Shown piece by piece: positions 30,340 through 42,202 of a stretch of DNA of 64,000 bases. Under the pieces are notes generated by a model. The model worked only from the letters and a program-made list of their open reading frames with translations, had not been told where the DNA came from and searched no databases. This DNA is from an uncultured Gemmatimonadales bacterium (GTDB taxonomy: Bacteria > Gemmatimonadota > Gemmatimonadetes > Longimicrobiales > Longimicrobiaceae): positions 3,296,001 through 3,360,000 of the forward strand of contig OY970303.1 in the NCBI GenBank assembly GCA_963716255.1, read 5' to 3'. Position numbers and translations under genes: made by a program. Numbering within the stretch: the stretch's first letter is position 1; each line of letters opens with the position of its first letter.

Positions 30340-32397
30340 ATGGGGAAGCGCCCCTTCCACTCCATCTACTCCCACGGCATGGTGCGCGTGGCGGTGTGCA
30401 TCCCCTCGCTGCGCGTGGCCGACCCGGTCTTCAACGCGGAGCGCACGCTGGCGCTGGCGCGCCAGGCCGCGGAGCGCGGGGCGGTCGTGGCGCTCTTCCC
30501 GGAGCTGGGGATCTCCGCGTACACCTGCGACGACCTGTTCCACCAGGACGCGCTGCTGGACGCCGTGGAGGCCGCCCTGGCGGGGGTGGTGGAGGGGAGC
30601 GCGGGGCTGGGGACCGTGCTGCTGGTGGGGGCGCCGCTCCGGTTCGAGGGCAAGCTGTTCAACTGCGCGGTGGTGGTGTACGGCGGGCGGGTCCTGGGCA
30701 TCGTCCCCAAGAGCTTCCTCCCCAACTACCGCGAGTTCTACGAGCGGCGGCAGTTCGCCCCCGCCCGTTTCGCGGTCGCGCGCGAGGTGCGCTTCCTGGG
30801 CGGCACGGTCCCCTTCGGCGCGGACCTGGTGTTCGACGCCGTGAACGTGGAGGACTTCGCGCTGCACGTGGAGATCTGCGAGGATGTGTGGACGCCGGTG
30901 CCGCCCAGCACCTGGGCGGCGCTCGCCGGCGCTACGGTGCTCGCCAACCTGTCCGCCAGCAACATCACGGTGGGCAAGGCCGAGTACCGCAGGGACCTGT
31001 GCGCCTCGCAGAGCGGCCGCTGCATCGCGGCGTACATGTACTCGGCCGCGGGCCCGGGCGAGTCCACCACGGACATGGCCTGGGACGGCCACGCGCTGGT
31101 GTACGAGAACGGCGACCTGCTGGCCGAGAGCCCGCGCTTCGTCCCCGAAGAGCACATGATCGTGGCGGACGTGGACCTGGAGCGCCTGGCGCAGGACCGC
31201 ATGCGCATGACGTCGTTCCACGACTCGGTGGGCGACGAGATGGAGCGGGTGCGCGCCGTCCGCCGCGTCCCCTTCGAGCTGGCGCTCCCCGCGGGCGAGA
31301 TGGCGCCGGTGCGGGAGTACCAGCGCTTTCCCTACGTCCCCGCGGACCCCGCGTCGCGCGACGAGCGCTGCTACGAGGCGTACAACATCCAGGTGCACGG
31401 GCTGATGAAGCGCCTGTCCGCCACCGGCATCCAGCGGGTGGTGATCGGGGTGTCCGGAGGGCTGGACTCCACGCACGCGCTGATCGTGGCGGCGCGCACC
31501 ATGGACCAGCTGGGGCTGCCGCGCGCCAACATCCTGGGCTACACCATGCCCGGCTTCGCCACCAGCGCCGGCACCAGGGGCAACGCGCACGCGCTCATGG
31601 AGGCGCTGGGGATCACGGGGAGCGAGATCGACATCCGCCCCTCGGCCACGCAGATGCTGCGCGACATCGGCCACCCCTTCGCCGCGGGGGAGCCAGTGTA
31701 CGACGTCACCTTCGAGAACGTGCAGGCGGGGGAGCGCACCTCGCACCTGTTCCGCCTGGCGAACCACCACGACGGGCTGGTGCTGGGCACGGGCGACCTG
31801 AGCGAGCTGGCGCTGGGGTGGGCCACGTACGGGGTGGGCGACCAGATGTCGCACTACAACGTCAACGCATCCGTCCCCAAGACGCTGATCCAGCACCTGA
31901 TCCGCTGGGTGGTGCAGACGGAGCAGTTCGACGCGGCGACGGGCCGCATCCTCCAGTCCATCCTGGACACGGAGATCTCGCCGGAGCTGGTGCCGGCGGG
32001 CGCGGAGGGCGGCGAGGCGGTGCAGAGCACGCAGGCCAGGGTGGGGCCGTACGAGCTCCAGGACTTCCACCTGTACTACGTCACGCGCTTCGGCTTCCGG
32101 CCCAGCAAGGTGGCGTTCCTGGCGCACCACGCCTGGGGCGACCGGGAGCGGGGGCCGTGGCCGGAGTTCATCGCGGGCGAGGGGCGCAACGAGTACGACC
32201 TGGCGGCCATAAAGCACTGGCTGGAGGTGTTCCTGTGGCGCTTCTTCAAGACCAGCCAGTTCAAGCGCTCGGCGATGCCCAACGGGCCCAAGGTGGGGTC
32301 GGGCGGGTCGCTGTCGCCCCGCGGCGACTGGCGGGCGCCCAGCGATTCGGAGGCCGTGGTGTGGCTGGAGGAGCTGCGGAGGAACGTGCCGGGGTGA
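30340..32397 (+). CDS. nadE: Glutamine-dependent NAD+ synthetase
   Basis: [22 protein letters not shown] nitrilase domain; [23 protein letters not shown]; alternative GTG at 30331. Confidence 0.96.
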   Translation: MGKRPFHSIYSHGMVRVAVCIPSLRVADPVFNAERTLALARQAAERGAVVALFPELGISAYTCDDLFHQDALLDAVEAALAGVVEGSAGLGTVLLVGAPLRFEGKLFNCAVVVYGGRVLGIVPKSFLPNYREFYERRQFAPARFAVAREVRFLGGTVPFGADLVFDAVNVEDFALHVEICEDVWTPVPPSTWAALAGATVLANLSASNITVGKAEYRRDLCASQSGRCIAAYMYSAAGPGESTTDMAWDGHALVYENGDLLAESPRFVPEEHMIVADVDLERLAQDRMRMTSFHDSVGDEMERVRAVRRVPFELALPAGEMAPVREYQRFPYVPADPASRDERCYEAYNIQVHGLMKRLSATGIQRVVIGVSGGLDSTHALIVAARTMDQLGLPRANILGYTMPGFATSAGTRGNAHALMEALGITGSEIDIRPSATQMLRDIGHPFAAGEPVYDVTFENVQAGERTSHLFRLANHHDGLVLGTGDLSELALGWATYGVGDQMSHYNVNASVPKTLIQHLIRWVVQTEQFDAATGRILQSILDTEISPELVPAGAEGGEAVQSTQARVGPYELQDFHLYYVTRFGFRPSKVAFLAHHAWGDRERGPWPEFIAGEGRNEYDLAAIKHWLEVFLWRFFKTSQFKRSAMPNGPKVGSGGSLSPRGDWRAPSDSEAVVWLEELRRNVPG

Positions 32398-32497
32398 GAA
32401 GAGCGGTGCGGGGGGGCTGACTCGCGACCCGGGATCTCGCATGCGGAAGCGAGCGTTCGCCGGCCGGTTCTCCGAAACGTCCCGACGGGTCGTGCTC

Positions 32498-32944
32498 ATG
32501 CGGAGGGCGGCGCTGGCGCTGCTCGCCGTCCCCGTCGCCCTTGGGGTGCTGTCCGGCTGGCGGGCGTGGGTGCAGGTGCGGAGCCTAGAGCTGGCCGCGG
32601 ACTCCCCGGTGCTGCGCGGCGGGTCGATCGTTCAGGCCCGGGTGGTGACCTCCGGGCGCACGTTCGTCGACCTGCGGCTGGAGCTGGTCCAGGGCACGCA
32701 TGCCGAGACGCTGGCCGTGCGACAGGTGCCCAAGAACCGCGACGCAGCCACGGACCCACGCTCGCGGCGTGACTCGCTGGCGGTGGTGCTCACGCCGGAG
32801 CTGCTGGGGCGCTTCCGGGTAGGGCCGGTGCTCGTGCGCGCCGTGGCGCGGGGCCGGCCGCAGTGGCTCCGCGAGCCGCCTCCGACGGTGCGGGAGGTCG
32901 CGCTGGAGATCCAGCGGCCCGACAGAGTCGCTTCGGTCAAGTAG
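32498..32944 (+). CDS. Hypothetical exported protein
   Basis: N-terminal hydrophobic anchor, beta-rich body. Confidence 0.55.
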   Translation: MRRAALALLAVPVALGVLSGWRAWVQVRSLELAADSPVLRGGSIVQARVVTSGRTFVDLRLELVQGTHAETLAVRQVPKNRDAATDPRSRRDSLAVVLTPELLGRFRVGPVLVRAVARGRPQWLREPPPTVREVALEIQRPDRVASVK

Positions 32945-33030
32945 AAGAGGCAGAAGACCCGGTGTCGGCGCGACACTCTCGCCCCGCAGCGGAAATAGAA
33001 GGCTTACTCGTCGGCCGGGGAGACCAGGCG

Positions 33031-34305
33031 TCAGGGTCCCAGCAGTGCGGCCGGGATTACTGCCACCCCATCAGACCGTCGGTAGGCTTGCGGTCCGGTG
33101 CTCACCACCACTGCGTCCAGCAGGTCGTCGCCGATCTGCTCCCGGAGCCACAACAGGTGCCGGACATCACCATCCGTCACGGTCCGGCTCAGCTTTACCT
33201 CGACCGCCACTACGCGCCTGTCCGCTCTCTCCACGACCAGGTCCACTTCCTGACGGCCTCCAGCAGTGCGAAGGTGTCCGACCCGGGCCTCCGCCGCCTG
33301 CGCGTACACGCGAATGGAGAGGGTCACCAGCGACTCGAAGAGCTGGCCCAGAAGCGTGCCGTCACGTGGCATCGCAAGGCCGGATCCTTCCCCCTTGAGG
33401 AGAGCCTCCTCTCCGATCCCGAGCAGGCGCGCTGCGAGCGCCGGATCTGCCAGATGATGCTTGGGCGCCTGTGCCAGGCGCGCAATCGGGTTCCGTGTCG
33501 GACCCCAGGCGGGCACCGGGTCCACGATCCACAGGCGCTCCAACACCTCACGGTACGGGATCGTTGTGGTCTTGGCCGGCTTGTCGCCCTCACCGGCGGT
33601 TGCCGCATCGCGGATGGTTTCATAGCTGGCGCTGGTGGCCGTCGCGGCGGCATAAGCCGCCATCCATCGGTGAAGCGTCTGCGGCCGGCGCACTCGATGG
33701 CCCATCTCGTCGAAATCGGTGTCGACAATGCGCGCGAGATAGCTGTCCAGCTGCGCGCGCAGCGGGCGGCCGGACAGGTGGCGCAGCCCGGGAAAGCCCG
33801 AGGCGACGATCTCTTTCGCGTAATCAGCCAGGGAGACATCGGTCCGACCGCTGACCGCAGGACGGTCGCCACCCAGCAGGTGTCGCAGGCTCACCCTGGG
33901 CAGTTCCACTCCCCGCTCTGCCAGGGAGAGCGGCCGCATCCGTACGGTCACGACCCGCGCCGCGCCGGAGTGCGTCGGGGGGCGCGCCGGGCCCGCTGAG
34001 CCAGCCAGCAGGTAGCGTCCGGGGGTGGGATCAGCGTCCACGGCACGCCGAACGGCGTCCCAAAGCGCGGGGACGCGCTGCCATTCGTCCAGCAGGACCG
34101 GTGGTGTGCCGCGCAGAAGCTGGCCCGGGTCGGCCCGTGCGACGGCCTCCTGCGCCGGGTCGTCAAGCTGGTGCGTCGTAACCGCGCGCTGAGAGGCCGT
34201 GGCCGTCTTGCCTACCGCCTTCGGCCCTTCCAGGGCCACAGCGGGAAGGGCGGGGAGTAGCTCGTCCAGCTCTTCATCGACCACGCGGCGCAAGTAGGTC
34301 GTCAT
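33031..34305 (-). CDS. AAA_14 ATPase with DUF4143 domain
   Basis: YLRRVVD, GPKAVGKT Walker A, LLDEWQ, GFPG, PKHHLADP, GQLFE, EVDLV..VEVK. Confidence 0.9.
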   Translation of the reverse strand: MTTYLRRVVDEELDELLPALPAVALEGPKAVGKTATASQRAVTTHQLDDPAQEAVARADPGQLLRGTPPVLLDEWQRVPALWDAVRRAVDADPTPGRYLLAGSAGPARPPTHSGAARVVTVRMRPLSLAERGVELPRVSLRHLLGGDRPAVSGRTDVSLADYAKEIVASGFPGLRHLSGRPLRAQLDSYLARIVDTDFDEMGHRVRRPQTLHRWMAAYAAATATSASYETIRDAATAGEGDKPAKTTTIPYREVLERLWIVDPVPAWGPTRNPIARLAQAPKHHLADPALAARLLGIGEEALLKGEGSGLAMPRDGTLLGQLFESLVTLSIRVYAQAAEARVGHLRTAGGRQEVDLVVERADRRVVAVEVKLSRTVTDGDVRHLLWLREQIGDDLLDAVVVSTGPQAYRRSDGVAVIPAALLGP

Positions 34306-34353
34306 CGTCTCGGTGTGCCGGGTCAGGGCGAATTCGGTCCGATCCCCAAGTTT

Positions 34354-34411
34354 ACGCTACCATTTCACATCTGGCAACGCTACCATTTTACCAACTCCTA
34401 GGCTACTATAT
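34354..34411. repeat. Three direct repeats with a 23-bp period upstream of the DUF4143 ATPase
   Basis: GCTACCATTT at 34356 and 34379, GCTACTATAT at 34402. Confidence 0.7.
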
Positions 34412-34450
34412 TGCACGGTTTTCTACAGGCGATTTACCGCTTCCAACGAA

Positions 34451-34481
34451 AGCGGCCCCGGGACATCGCCCCGGGGCCGCT
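34451..34481 (-). terminator. Intrinsic terminator of the ABC transporter gene
   Basis: AGCGGCCCCGGG/CCCGGGGCCGCT stem followed by TTCGTT on the minus strand. Confidence 0.65.
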
Positions 34482-34511
34482 ACGCCTTCTCGTCATCCGT
34501 CTCCCCCCGCC

Positions 34512-36350
<1,839 letters not shown>

Positions 36351-36450
36351 GGGCGTCGCTTTCCAGGGGGAGGGAGCCGGCGGGAGGGCCGGTCGTCCGA
36401 ATACACTGCTGATCGGGGTCGGGTCCGCAACGGCTTTCTTCCCGGGATTC

Positions 36451-36578
36451 GGGCGTGCCCCCGGCTGCGCCGGGGTCGGGCTGCGGCTCCGTAGCAGACG
36501 AAACAACCGTCTGCAACGGAGGCGAGCCCGCGCAAACAGCCGCGCGGTCTCGCCGCTTCGCGCTCGCATCCCTCACGC
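36451..36578 (-). ncRNA. Structured repeat family 1, copy E (most diverged)
   Basis: Variable stem GCAGACGG/TCGTCTGC; altered first hairpin. Confidence 0.7.
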
Positions 36579-36604
36579 GGGGCCCGCGCTGGCGTCCGCG
36601 GGAG

Positions 36605-36734
36605 CCCCCCACCCCGGCGCTCCGCGCCACCCCTCCCCCGCAAGCGAGGGAGGGGAAACGACACGGCATCAGGCAGTTGCCCCCTCTCCCAGAATTGGGA
36701 GAGGGTGGCGAGCCTCAAGCGAGCCGGGTGAGGG
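36605..36734. repeat. REP-like family-2 palindrome cluster
   Basis: Includes a near reverse complement of 6341-6393. Confidence 0.8.
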
Positions 36735-36896
36735 CCGCCAGCAGCGCGCGCAGCGGCAGCCGGGGCGTGGGAGCCTGGCGCGTCGCCCCGCCGCTCCACG
36801 CCGGGCGGATCACGATCCCGAACGCATCCGGGACCGCCGCCGGTGCGGCGCGGAACGGGCGCGGGGCGCCGTCGTCCGGGGGCCCCATCCCGCGGC

Positions 36897-38039
36897 TCAC
36901 GGGCTCGCCGCCGCGGCGCCGGCGCCGCGGGGAGCGTGGGCCGCGATGGAGCCGTCGCGGAAGGGGTAGTCGGTGTAGCCGCGCGAGTCGCCGCCGTAGA
37001 AGGTGGCGCGGTCCGGGGCGTTGAGGCGCGCGTCGGCGGCCAGGCGGGCCGGGAGGTCCGGGTTCGCCAGGAACGCCGTCCCGAAGGCCACCAGGTCCGC
37101 CGCGCCCGAAGCGATCGCCGCGTCGGCGGCGGCGCGGTCGTAGCCGCCGTTCAGCACCAGCGGCCCGCGGAAGACCTGGCGGAGCAGCGGGGCCACGCGG
37201 GCGGCCTCCGGCGTGTCCACCGGCTCCGTCACGTGCAGGTACGCCAGCCCGAAGCGGTTCAGCGCGTGCGCCGCGTAGCCGAAGGTGCCCGCCGGGTCCG
37301 AGTCGCTCATCCCGTTGTACGCGCTGGTGGGTGAAAAGCGCACCCCCACCCGGTCGCCGCCCCACACGTCCGCCGCCGCCGCCGTCACCTGCAGGAGGAA
37401 GCGCGCGCGGTTCTCCACCGGGCCGCCGTAGCGGTCGGTGCGCCGGTTGCTCCCGCCGCGCAGGAACTGGTCGATCAGGTACCCGTTCGCTCCGTGCAGC
37501 TCCACCCCGTCGAAGCCGGCGCGGAGCGCGTTCCGCGCGCCCGCGGCGAACTCCTCCACCACGCCGGCCACCTCGTCCGTCTCCAGCGCGCGGGGAACGG
37601 GGTAGGGGAGCGGGCCGGCGGCGGTGTACAGCGCCGCCTCCGCAGCCACCGCCGAGGGAGCCACCGGGAGCCCGCCGTCCGCCTGCACCGAGGGGTGCGA
37701 CACCCGCCCCACGTGCCACAGCTGCAGGAAGATGCGTCCGCCCTCGCCGTGCACCGCCTCCGTCACCCGGCGCCACCCCTCCACCTGCGCGTCGGAGTGG
37801 ATCCCCGGCGTGCCCGGGTACCCCACCCCGCGGGGCGACACCTGCGACCCCTCGGTGACGATGAGCCCCGCGGAGGCGCGCTGGGCGTAGTACAGCGCGC
37901 CCAGCGCGCCGGGGACGTTGCCCTCGCCGGCACGGTTGCGGGTCATGGGGGCCATGACCACCCGGTTCGCGAGGGTGTGGCGCGCCAGGCGCACCGGGGT
38001 GAACAGCGTCGGGGCCGCTCGGTCGTTCATGGAGTCCAT
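36897..38039 (-). CDS. nemA: Old Yellow Enzyme alkene reductase (NemA-like)
   Basis: MAPMTR, YYAQRASAGL, QLWHVGR, ELHGANGYL, NRRTDRYGG, ANPDL, TFYGG..GYTDY. Confidence 0.92.
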   Translation of the reverse strand: MDSMNDRAAPTLFTPVRLARHTLANRVVMAPMTRNRAGEGNVPGALGALYYAQRASAGLIVTEGSQVSPRGVGYPGTPGIHSDAQVEGWRRVTEAVHGEGGRIFLQLWHVGRVSHPSVQADGGLPVAPSAVAAEAALYTAAGPLPYPVPRALETDEVAGVVEEFAAGARNALRAGFDGVELHGANGYLIDQFLRGGSNRRTDRYGGPVENRARFLLQVTAAAADVWGGDRVGVRFSPTSAYNGMSDSDPAGTFGYAAHALNRFGLAYLHVTEPVDTPEAARVAPLLRQVFRGPLVLNGGYDRAAADAAIASGAADLVAFGTAFLANPDLPARLAADARLNAPDRATFYGGDSRGYTDYPFRDGSIAAHAPRGAGAAAASP

Positions 38040-38107
38040 CCTCCGGGTCGTGTCCGTGTGATCGGGGGATGCGCCGCGCGCACCACCCCTGCCGTGATCC
38101 GGCTAAC

Positions 38108-38126
38108 TGCAACCTATGTAGTTACA
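38108..38126. promoter_or_regulatory. Putative Rrf2 operator upstream of the OYE gene
   Basis: TGCAAC-N7-GTTACA, matching the site at 39131. Confidence 0.75.
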
Positions 38127-38166
38127 TATAGGGGCGCGGGAGTCCCACCGTCCCGCGCCGGGTCCG

Positions 38167-38535
38167 CTACCTGCGCACCGGGCGCAGGCGGAGGATCATC
38201 GCCTCCCGCTCCCCCGGCCCCACCTCCACCGCCTGCTCCCCCGGGGCGAACCCGTCGCGCTCGGCCCGCACCACCCATCGCCCCGACGGCAGCCCGGTGA
38301 GCTGGAACCCGCCGGTGTCGCCGGTGCGGGTGGTGCGCCCCAGCACCTGCGGGTCCGCGTGCCGTGCGCTCACCGCCGCGCCCGCCAGCGCTTGCCCGGC
38401 GGGGTCGGTGACCCGCCCCACGATCCTCCCCGCGTCCTGCACCCCCCGGAACCCCGCCAGCAGCAGCGCCGCCGCCAGCGCCAGCAGCAGGATCACCGGG
38501 CGCGAAGCCCTGTCCAGCCGGATGTCACCCCTCAT
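38167..38535 (-). CDS. Carboxypeptidase-regulatory-like domain protein
   Basis: GRVTDPAG..LAGAAV..TGDTGGF..LPSGRW.VRAERDGF. Confidence 0.8.
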   Translation of the reverse strand: MRGDIRLDRASRPVILLLALAAALLLAGFRGVQDAGRIVGRVTDPAGQALAGAAVSARHADPQVLGRTTRTGDTGGFQLTGLPSGRWVVRAERDGFAPGEQAVEVGPGEREAMILRLRPVRR

Positions 38536-38638
38536 CTCTCTCCCCCCTCTCCCGGTCCGGCGAATGGCCCCGCCGGAACTGGAATCGTGCCCGTTGCGGT
38601 TGCCGTTCCAATCGCGGCGCCTCCGCCGCGTCCCTCCT

Positions 38639-39109
38639 CTAGCCCGCGCGGCGCGCCCCCCCGCCGCAGCCGCCCGGCCGTCCCATCCCCGCGTGCAGCG
38701 TCCGCCACACGTCGGCGATGGTCACCCGGTCCAGCACCCCCTCCATGGCCGCGCGCGCGTCGCCGAACACGTCGGCCAGCGCGGCCTGGATGTTGGCCCC
38801 CACCCCGCAGTCCTGGCAGGGCGTCTGCGAGTGCATGGCGAACAATTCCTCGCCGTCCTCCACCGAGCGGTACACCTCCAGCAGCGTGATCTCCTCGGGG
38901 ACGCGGGCCAGCCGCGCGCCTCCCATGGCCCCGGGCGTCACCTCCACCAGCCCCGCGCGCCGCAGCGCGCCGATGATGCGGCGCACCACCACGGGGTTGG
39001 TGTTCACGCTGTGCGCGATCTGCTGCGAGCTGACCGCCTCGTCCCTGCGCCAGGTGAGGATCGCCAGCACGTGCACCGCCACCGCCACCCGGCTGCTCAT
39101 GGTCGACAT
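38639..39109 (-). CDS. Rrf2 family regulator (YwnA/HypR/SifR-like)
   Basis: SSRVAVAVHVL, SQQIAHSVNTNPVVVRR, ITLLEVY, HSQTPCQDCGVGANI. Confidence 0.9.
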   Translation of the reverse strand: MSTMSSRVAVAVHVLAILTWRRDEAVSSQQIAHSVNTNPVVVRRIIGALRRAGLVEVTPGAMGGARLARVPEEITLLEVYRSVEDGEELFAMHSQTPCQDCGVGANIQAALADVFGDARAAMEGVLDRVTIADVWRTLHAGMGRPGGCGGGARRAG

Positions 39110-39130
39110 GTTCCCGCTCCCCGGTTCAAT

Positions 39131-39149
39131 TGCAACCACGATAGTTGCA
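39131..39149. promoter_or_regulatory. Putative Rrf2 autoregulatory operator
   Basis: Perfect palindrome TGCAAC-N7-GTTGCA about 20 bp before the start; TTGACA further upstream on the minus strand. Confidence 0.78.
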
Positions 39150-39249
39150 TTTGGCGGGGGTGTCAAGGGACGCGGAAGGGGTCGGGCGGCTGGCGCGCTT
39201 TTTCCAAAGGCGGACGCGCGATGAGTGTTCCCCCACGCCAGGAGGTGCC

Positions 39250-39672
39250 ATGAATCCCCCCCTTCCGCGGCGCGACCGCTCCCCGGACCCGGTGCGCGAC
39301 CACCTCAAGGAGGTGCGGCGCGGACTGCTGCGCCTGCACAAGGCGCTGATCGACGCCGAGCGTGCCGAGTGGGAGCGCGACACCGGCCCCGTCTCCAACG
39401 GGCGCTTCCTGCAGGCGCTCATCGAGGACCCCTTCTTCGCCTGGCTCCGGCCGTTCTCCGGGCTGATCGTGGAGGTGGACGAGCGCCTCGCCACCGGCGA
39501 GCCACTCCCGGGCGAGGAGGCGCGCGCCTACGTGGAGCGCATCCGCGCCCTGGTGCAGCCCACGGGCGAGGAGGCCGAGCGCTACGAGCGCGTCCGCCAG
39601 CGCGACGCGGGGGTGCTGCTTGCCCACGTGGAGCTGGAGGCCCGCATCGACGCGGTGCCGGAAGAGGCGTGA
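39250..39672 (+). CDS. Conserved hypothetical helical protein
   Basis: AGGAGG SD; LLRLHKALID.ER..DPFFAWLRPFSGLIVEVDE. Confidence 0.8.
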   Translation: MNPPLPRRDRSPDPVRDHLKEVRRGLLRLHKALIDAERAEWERDTGPVSNGRFLQALIEDPFFAWLRPFSGLIVEVDERLATGEPLPGEEARAYVERIRALVQPTGEEAERYERVRQRDAGVLLAHVELEARIDAVPEEA

Positions 39673-39684
39673 CGCCAACGGGCC

Positions 39685-39713
39685 TTGAGAAAACTCCGGG
39701 CCTGCGCTATCCT
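39685..39713 (+). promoter_or_regulatory. Sigma70-type promoter of tRNA-Asp
   Basis: TTGAGA-17 bp-TATCCT, 25 bp before the tRNA. Confidence 0.65.
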
Positions 39714-39738
39714 ATGCGGCCTGCCGGCAGGCGGGCAT

Positions 39739-39812
39739 GGGGCCGTAGCTCAGTCGGTTAGAGTGCCGGACTGTCACTCCGGAGGTCGCGGGTTCGAGTC
39801 CCGTCGGCCCCG
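39739..39812 (+). tRNA. tRNA-Asp(GTC), CCA not encoded
   Basis: GGGGCCG/CGGCCCC acceptor stem, CCGGA-CT-GTC-AC-TCCGG anticodon arm, GGTTCGAGTCC T-arm. Confidence 0.97.
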
Positions 39813-40053
39813 CTTCGCGGGACGCATACGGAACGAGGGGCGGCTGCTCGCACGAGCGGTCGCCCCTCCCTGCGTCCGGCCCGGCGGCTCGCGCGGAACT
39901 TGCGATCCTTGCGCGCCACGCCTCCCCGGTCCATACATTCGGCGGTGGAGACCACGCCCGGGGAGCGCGCACCGCCAGGGTCCCGGCCCCGCGACCTTTT
40001 TCGCCGCCCCCGCGCGCCCGGGGCGAGACGAGCCCGCAACGCAGGGAGGGAGT

Positions 40054-40368
40054 ATGCGTCCCGTCCAGAGACTTCTCCGGTTCGGCGCGGTGGCGGCCGG
40101 CCTTTCGCTCGCCGCGTGCGCGCCCGGCTTCGGGATGGGGCCGGGGGTGCAGGTGGGGATGAGCCCCGGCGGCCAGCTGAGCCTGGGGTCCTCGTCCTGC
40201 CTGCTGAACGGCTCCGCGTACGGCACCCAGGGGATGTCGCGCCTGTCCGGCAGCGCCTTCTCCTTCGCGCCGAAGATCGCGCGGCTCCAGGCGCGCTTCT
40301 CCCTGGGGCACGCCGACCGCACCGCGCAGCGGGAAAGCTGGAAGCAGGTCGCGACCGGCGGCTGCTGA
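40054..40368 (+). CDS. Small hypothetical lipoprotein
   Basis: GGAGG SD, LAAC lipobox. Confidence 0.65.
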   Translation: MRPVQRLLRFGAVAAGLSLAACAPGFGMGPGVQVGMSPGGQLSLGSSSCLLNGSAYGTQGMSRLSGSAFSFAPKIARLQARFSLGHADRTAQRESWKQVATGGC

Positions 40369-40387
40369 CGCGGCACCCGCCCCCGCG

Positions 40388-40428
40388 CGGCGAAGCCCCC
40401 GCTCCGGCCAGGAGCGGGGGCTTCGCCG
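40388..40428. terminator. Bidirectional terminator hairpin
   Basis: CGGCGAAGCCCCCGCTCC-GGCCA-GGAGCGGGGGCTTCGCCG between convergent genes. Confidence 0.75.
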
Positions 40429-40459
40429 TTCACGGCCTCCGCCGCGTCCTCCCCGCCGC

Positions 40460-40876
40460 CTACACCACGGTGGACGACGAGCACCCCCGCCCCTCTCCGG
40501 GCTCCTGCGCCAGTACGGCGGTGACGCGGATCTGCCGGCGGTAGCGGCCCATGTGCCCGAACTCGCCGCGGCCGCTCAGCTCCCCCTCCACGGTCATGAA
40601 GGTCCGCTGGCCCCACGTCTTCTGGAGGTCGGCCGGCATCCCCCACGCCCACCACTCCTCGCGCGTGCCGCAGGGGCGGAACACCTGCTTCTCGAAGTCG
40701 AACTCGAAGTGGCCGGTGTAGCGGCCCGTGGGCAAGGCGGGCACGGGGACCGAGATCGTCGTGTCCACCGCCGTCCGGGCATCCGGGGCGGGCGCCGGGG
40801 CGGGCTCGCGGCGGCCGGAGCCGCAGCCCCACGCGGCGAGCGCGAGGAGGGTGGTCAGGGTCCGGCGAGCGGTCAT
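40460..40876 (-). CDS. Hypothetical lipoprotein
   Basis: AWGC lipobox; FE...FRPCG..E.WW..GEFGHMGRY.R. Confidence 0.75.
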   Translation of the reverse strand: MTARRTLTTLLALAAWGCGSGRREPAPAPAPDARTAVDTTISVPVPALPTGRYTGHFEFDFEKQVFRPCGTREEWWAWGMPADLQKTWGQRTFMTVEGELSGRGEFGHMGRYRRQIRVTAVLAQEPGEGRGCSSSTVV

Positions 40877-41016
40877 GCGGCTCCTCCCGGGGCGGGTGGA
40901 CGGGGTCGCGGACGTGCGCGGGCCTCCTTCGCACCCCGCAGCGGGAGCGGGGTTCCCTGTCCCCCCGCGCGGCGACGCGGCCCGTGGAAATATTTGTTTG
41001 TGGTGTATGTGGATAA

Positions 41017-41045
41017 TTGACAGGTGTTTATGCGTTTATTAAATT
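41017..41045 (+). promoter_or_regulatory. Sigma70-type promoter in an AT-rich divergent intergenic region
   Basis: TTGACA-17 bp-TAAATT. Confidence 0.7.
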
Positions 41046-41199
41046 GATTGCACGCGACAGGGGCCGGCGATCGCTTCGCACGGATCCGGCCCCTGCATTG
41101 AAAACGAGGCGCTCCCGTACCGTTCCGCGATATGGGGGCGCCTTCGTCGTGAAAAACGCCAAGATTCCGGGCTTCCACGCCCGCTTTCCGGAGGTGCCC

Positions 41200-42063
41200 G
41201 TGAAGGCTCGATTCGACATGCGCCGCAATGCACTGGTCTACCTCGCCGCCGCGGTCGGCGTCGGCGCCGCCGCGGGGCTGCTGCGCGAGCCGGAGCAGCC
41301 CGCCGCGGTGAGCGTGGCGCGGCCCGCCCGCGGCACGGCCGCGCCCGTCGCGGCCGCCACGCCGGTGCCGGCGCCCGCGCTGCAGGCCGCGCGCGCCGTG
41401 CTGGACGGCGTGGGGCTGGAGAGCAGCACCCGCGAGGCGCGGGTGCAGACCGCGCTCGGGACGCTCGGGGGCAGGGTGGGGAAGCAGAGCGACCCCGACG
41501 CGCTGCGCATGGCGTTCAAGGCGTACTACAACTACAAGGAGGAGCACCCGGAGCAGGTCCGGAAGCCCTACCTGTACTACGTGGACTATGGTCTGGACGC
41601 CCGCACCCCGCGCGGCTACGTCTTCGACATGGACGCGCTGGAGGTGGTGGACGGGCCCTTCAACGTGGCGCACGGCCGCGGCTCGGCGCCCAACTCCCGC
41701 GGCATCCCCACCCGGTTCTCCAACCGGAACGGGAGCAACGCCACCTCGCTGGGGCTGTACCTGGCGCAGGAGACCTACGCCTTCTCGGGCAAGTCCGGCG
41801 GGCAGCGGTACAGCTCGGTGGGACTGCGGCTCAAGGGGCTCTCGGGCAGGTTCAACAGCGCGGCGCGGGCCCGCGGCGTGGTGGCGCACGGCGCCCCGTA
41901 CGTGACCGCCGCCCGCGCCGGGCGCAGCGAGGGATGCCCGGCCATCGAGCCGGGGCGCGCCCGGGAGCTGCTCCCCAAGATCAGCAACGGCGGGCTGGTG
42001 TTCCTGTTCTCGCCGCTGGAGCGGTCGTGGAAGGTCTCGGACCCCTGGGCCGGCAACGGCTGA
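41200..42063 (+). CDS. Murein L,D-transpeptidase catalytic domain protein (YkuD_2)
   Basis: VAHGRGS, FSN..GSNATSLG, VVAHGAPY, GRSEGCPA; GGAGG SD before GTG (alternative ATG at 41218). Confidence 0.88.
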   Translation: MKARFDMRRNALVYLAAAVGVGAAAGLLREPEQPAAVSVARPARGTAAPVAAATPVPAPALQAARAVLDGVGLESSTREARVQTALGTLGGRVGKQSDPDALRMAFKAYYNYKEEHPEQVRKPYLYYVDYGLDARTPRGYVFDMDALEVVDGPFNVAHGRGSAPNSRGIPTRFSNRNGSNATSLGLYLAQETYAFSGKSGGQRYSSVGLRLKGLSGRFNSAARARGVVAHGAPYVTAARAGRSEGCPAIEPGRARELLPKISNGGLVFLFSPLERSWKVSDPWAGNG

Positions 42064-42202
42064 AGCGTCCGCCGGCAGCGTACCGCGCCCGCCTCGTCCC
42101 CGTCCGCCGGGGCGGAGGCGGGTGTGGCACCGCCCCCTCCCTTGCCGTAAGTTTGGCCTCGCTCTCCCCCCTCGTGCAGGCTCCCCCAGCTTCCCGGCAC
42201 CC

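Noticed and set aside
39739..39812. tRNA-Asp as an integration site for an island
   Set aside because: No integrase nearby, I saw no duplicated tRNA 3' end in the window, and the flanking genes have host-like composition.
41200..42063. L,D-transpeptidase as part of the RiPP locus
   Set aside because: It is co-oriented with the RRE gene but is a common cell-wall family separated by about 140 bp; nothing beyond adjacency links it.
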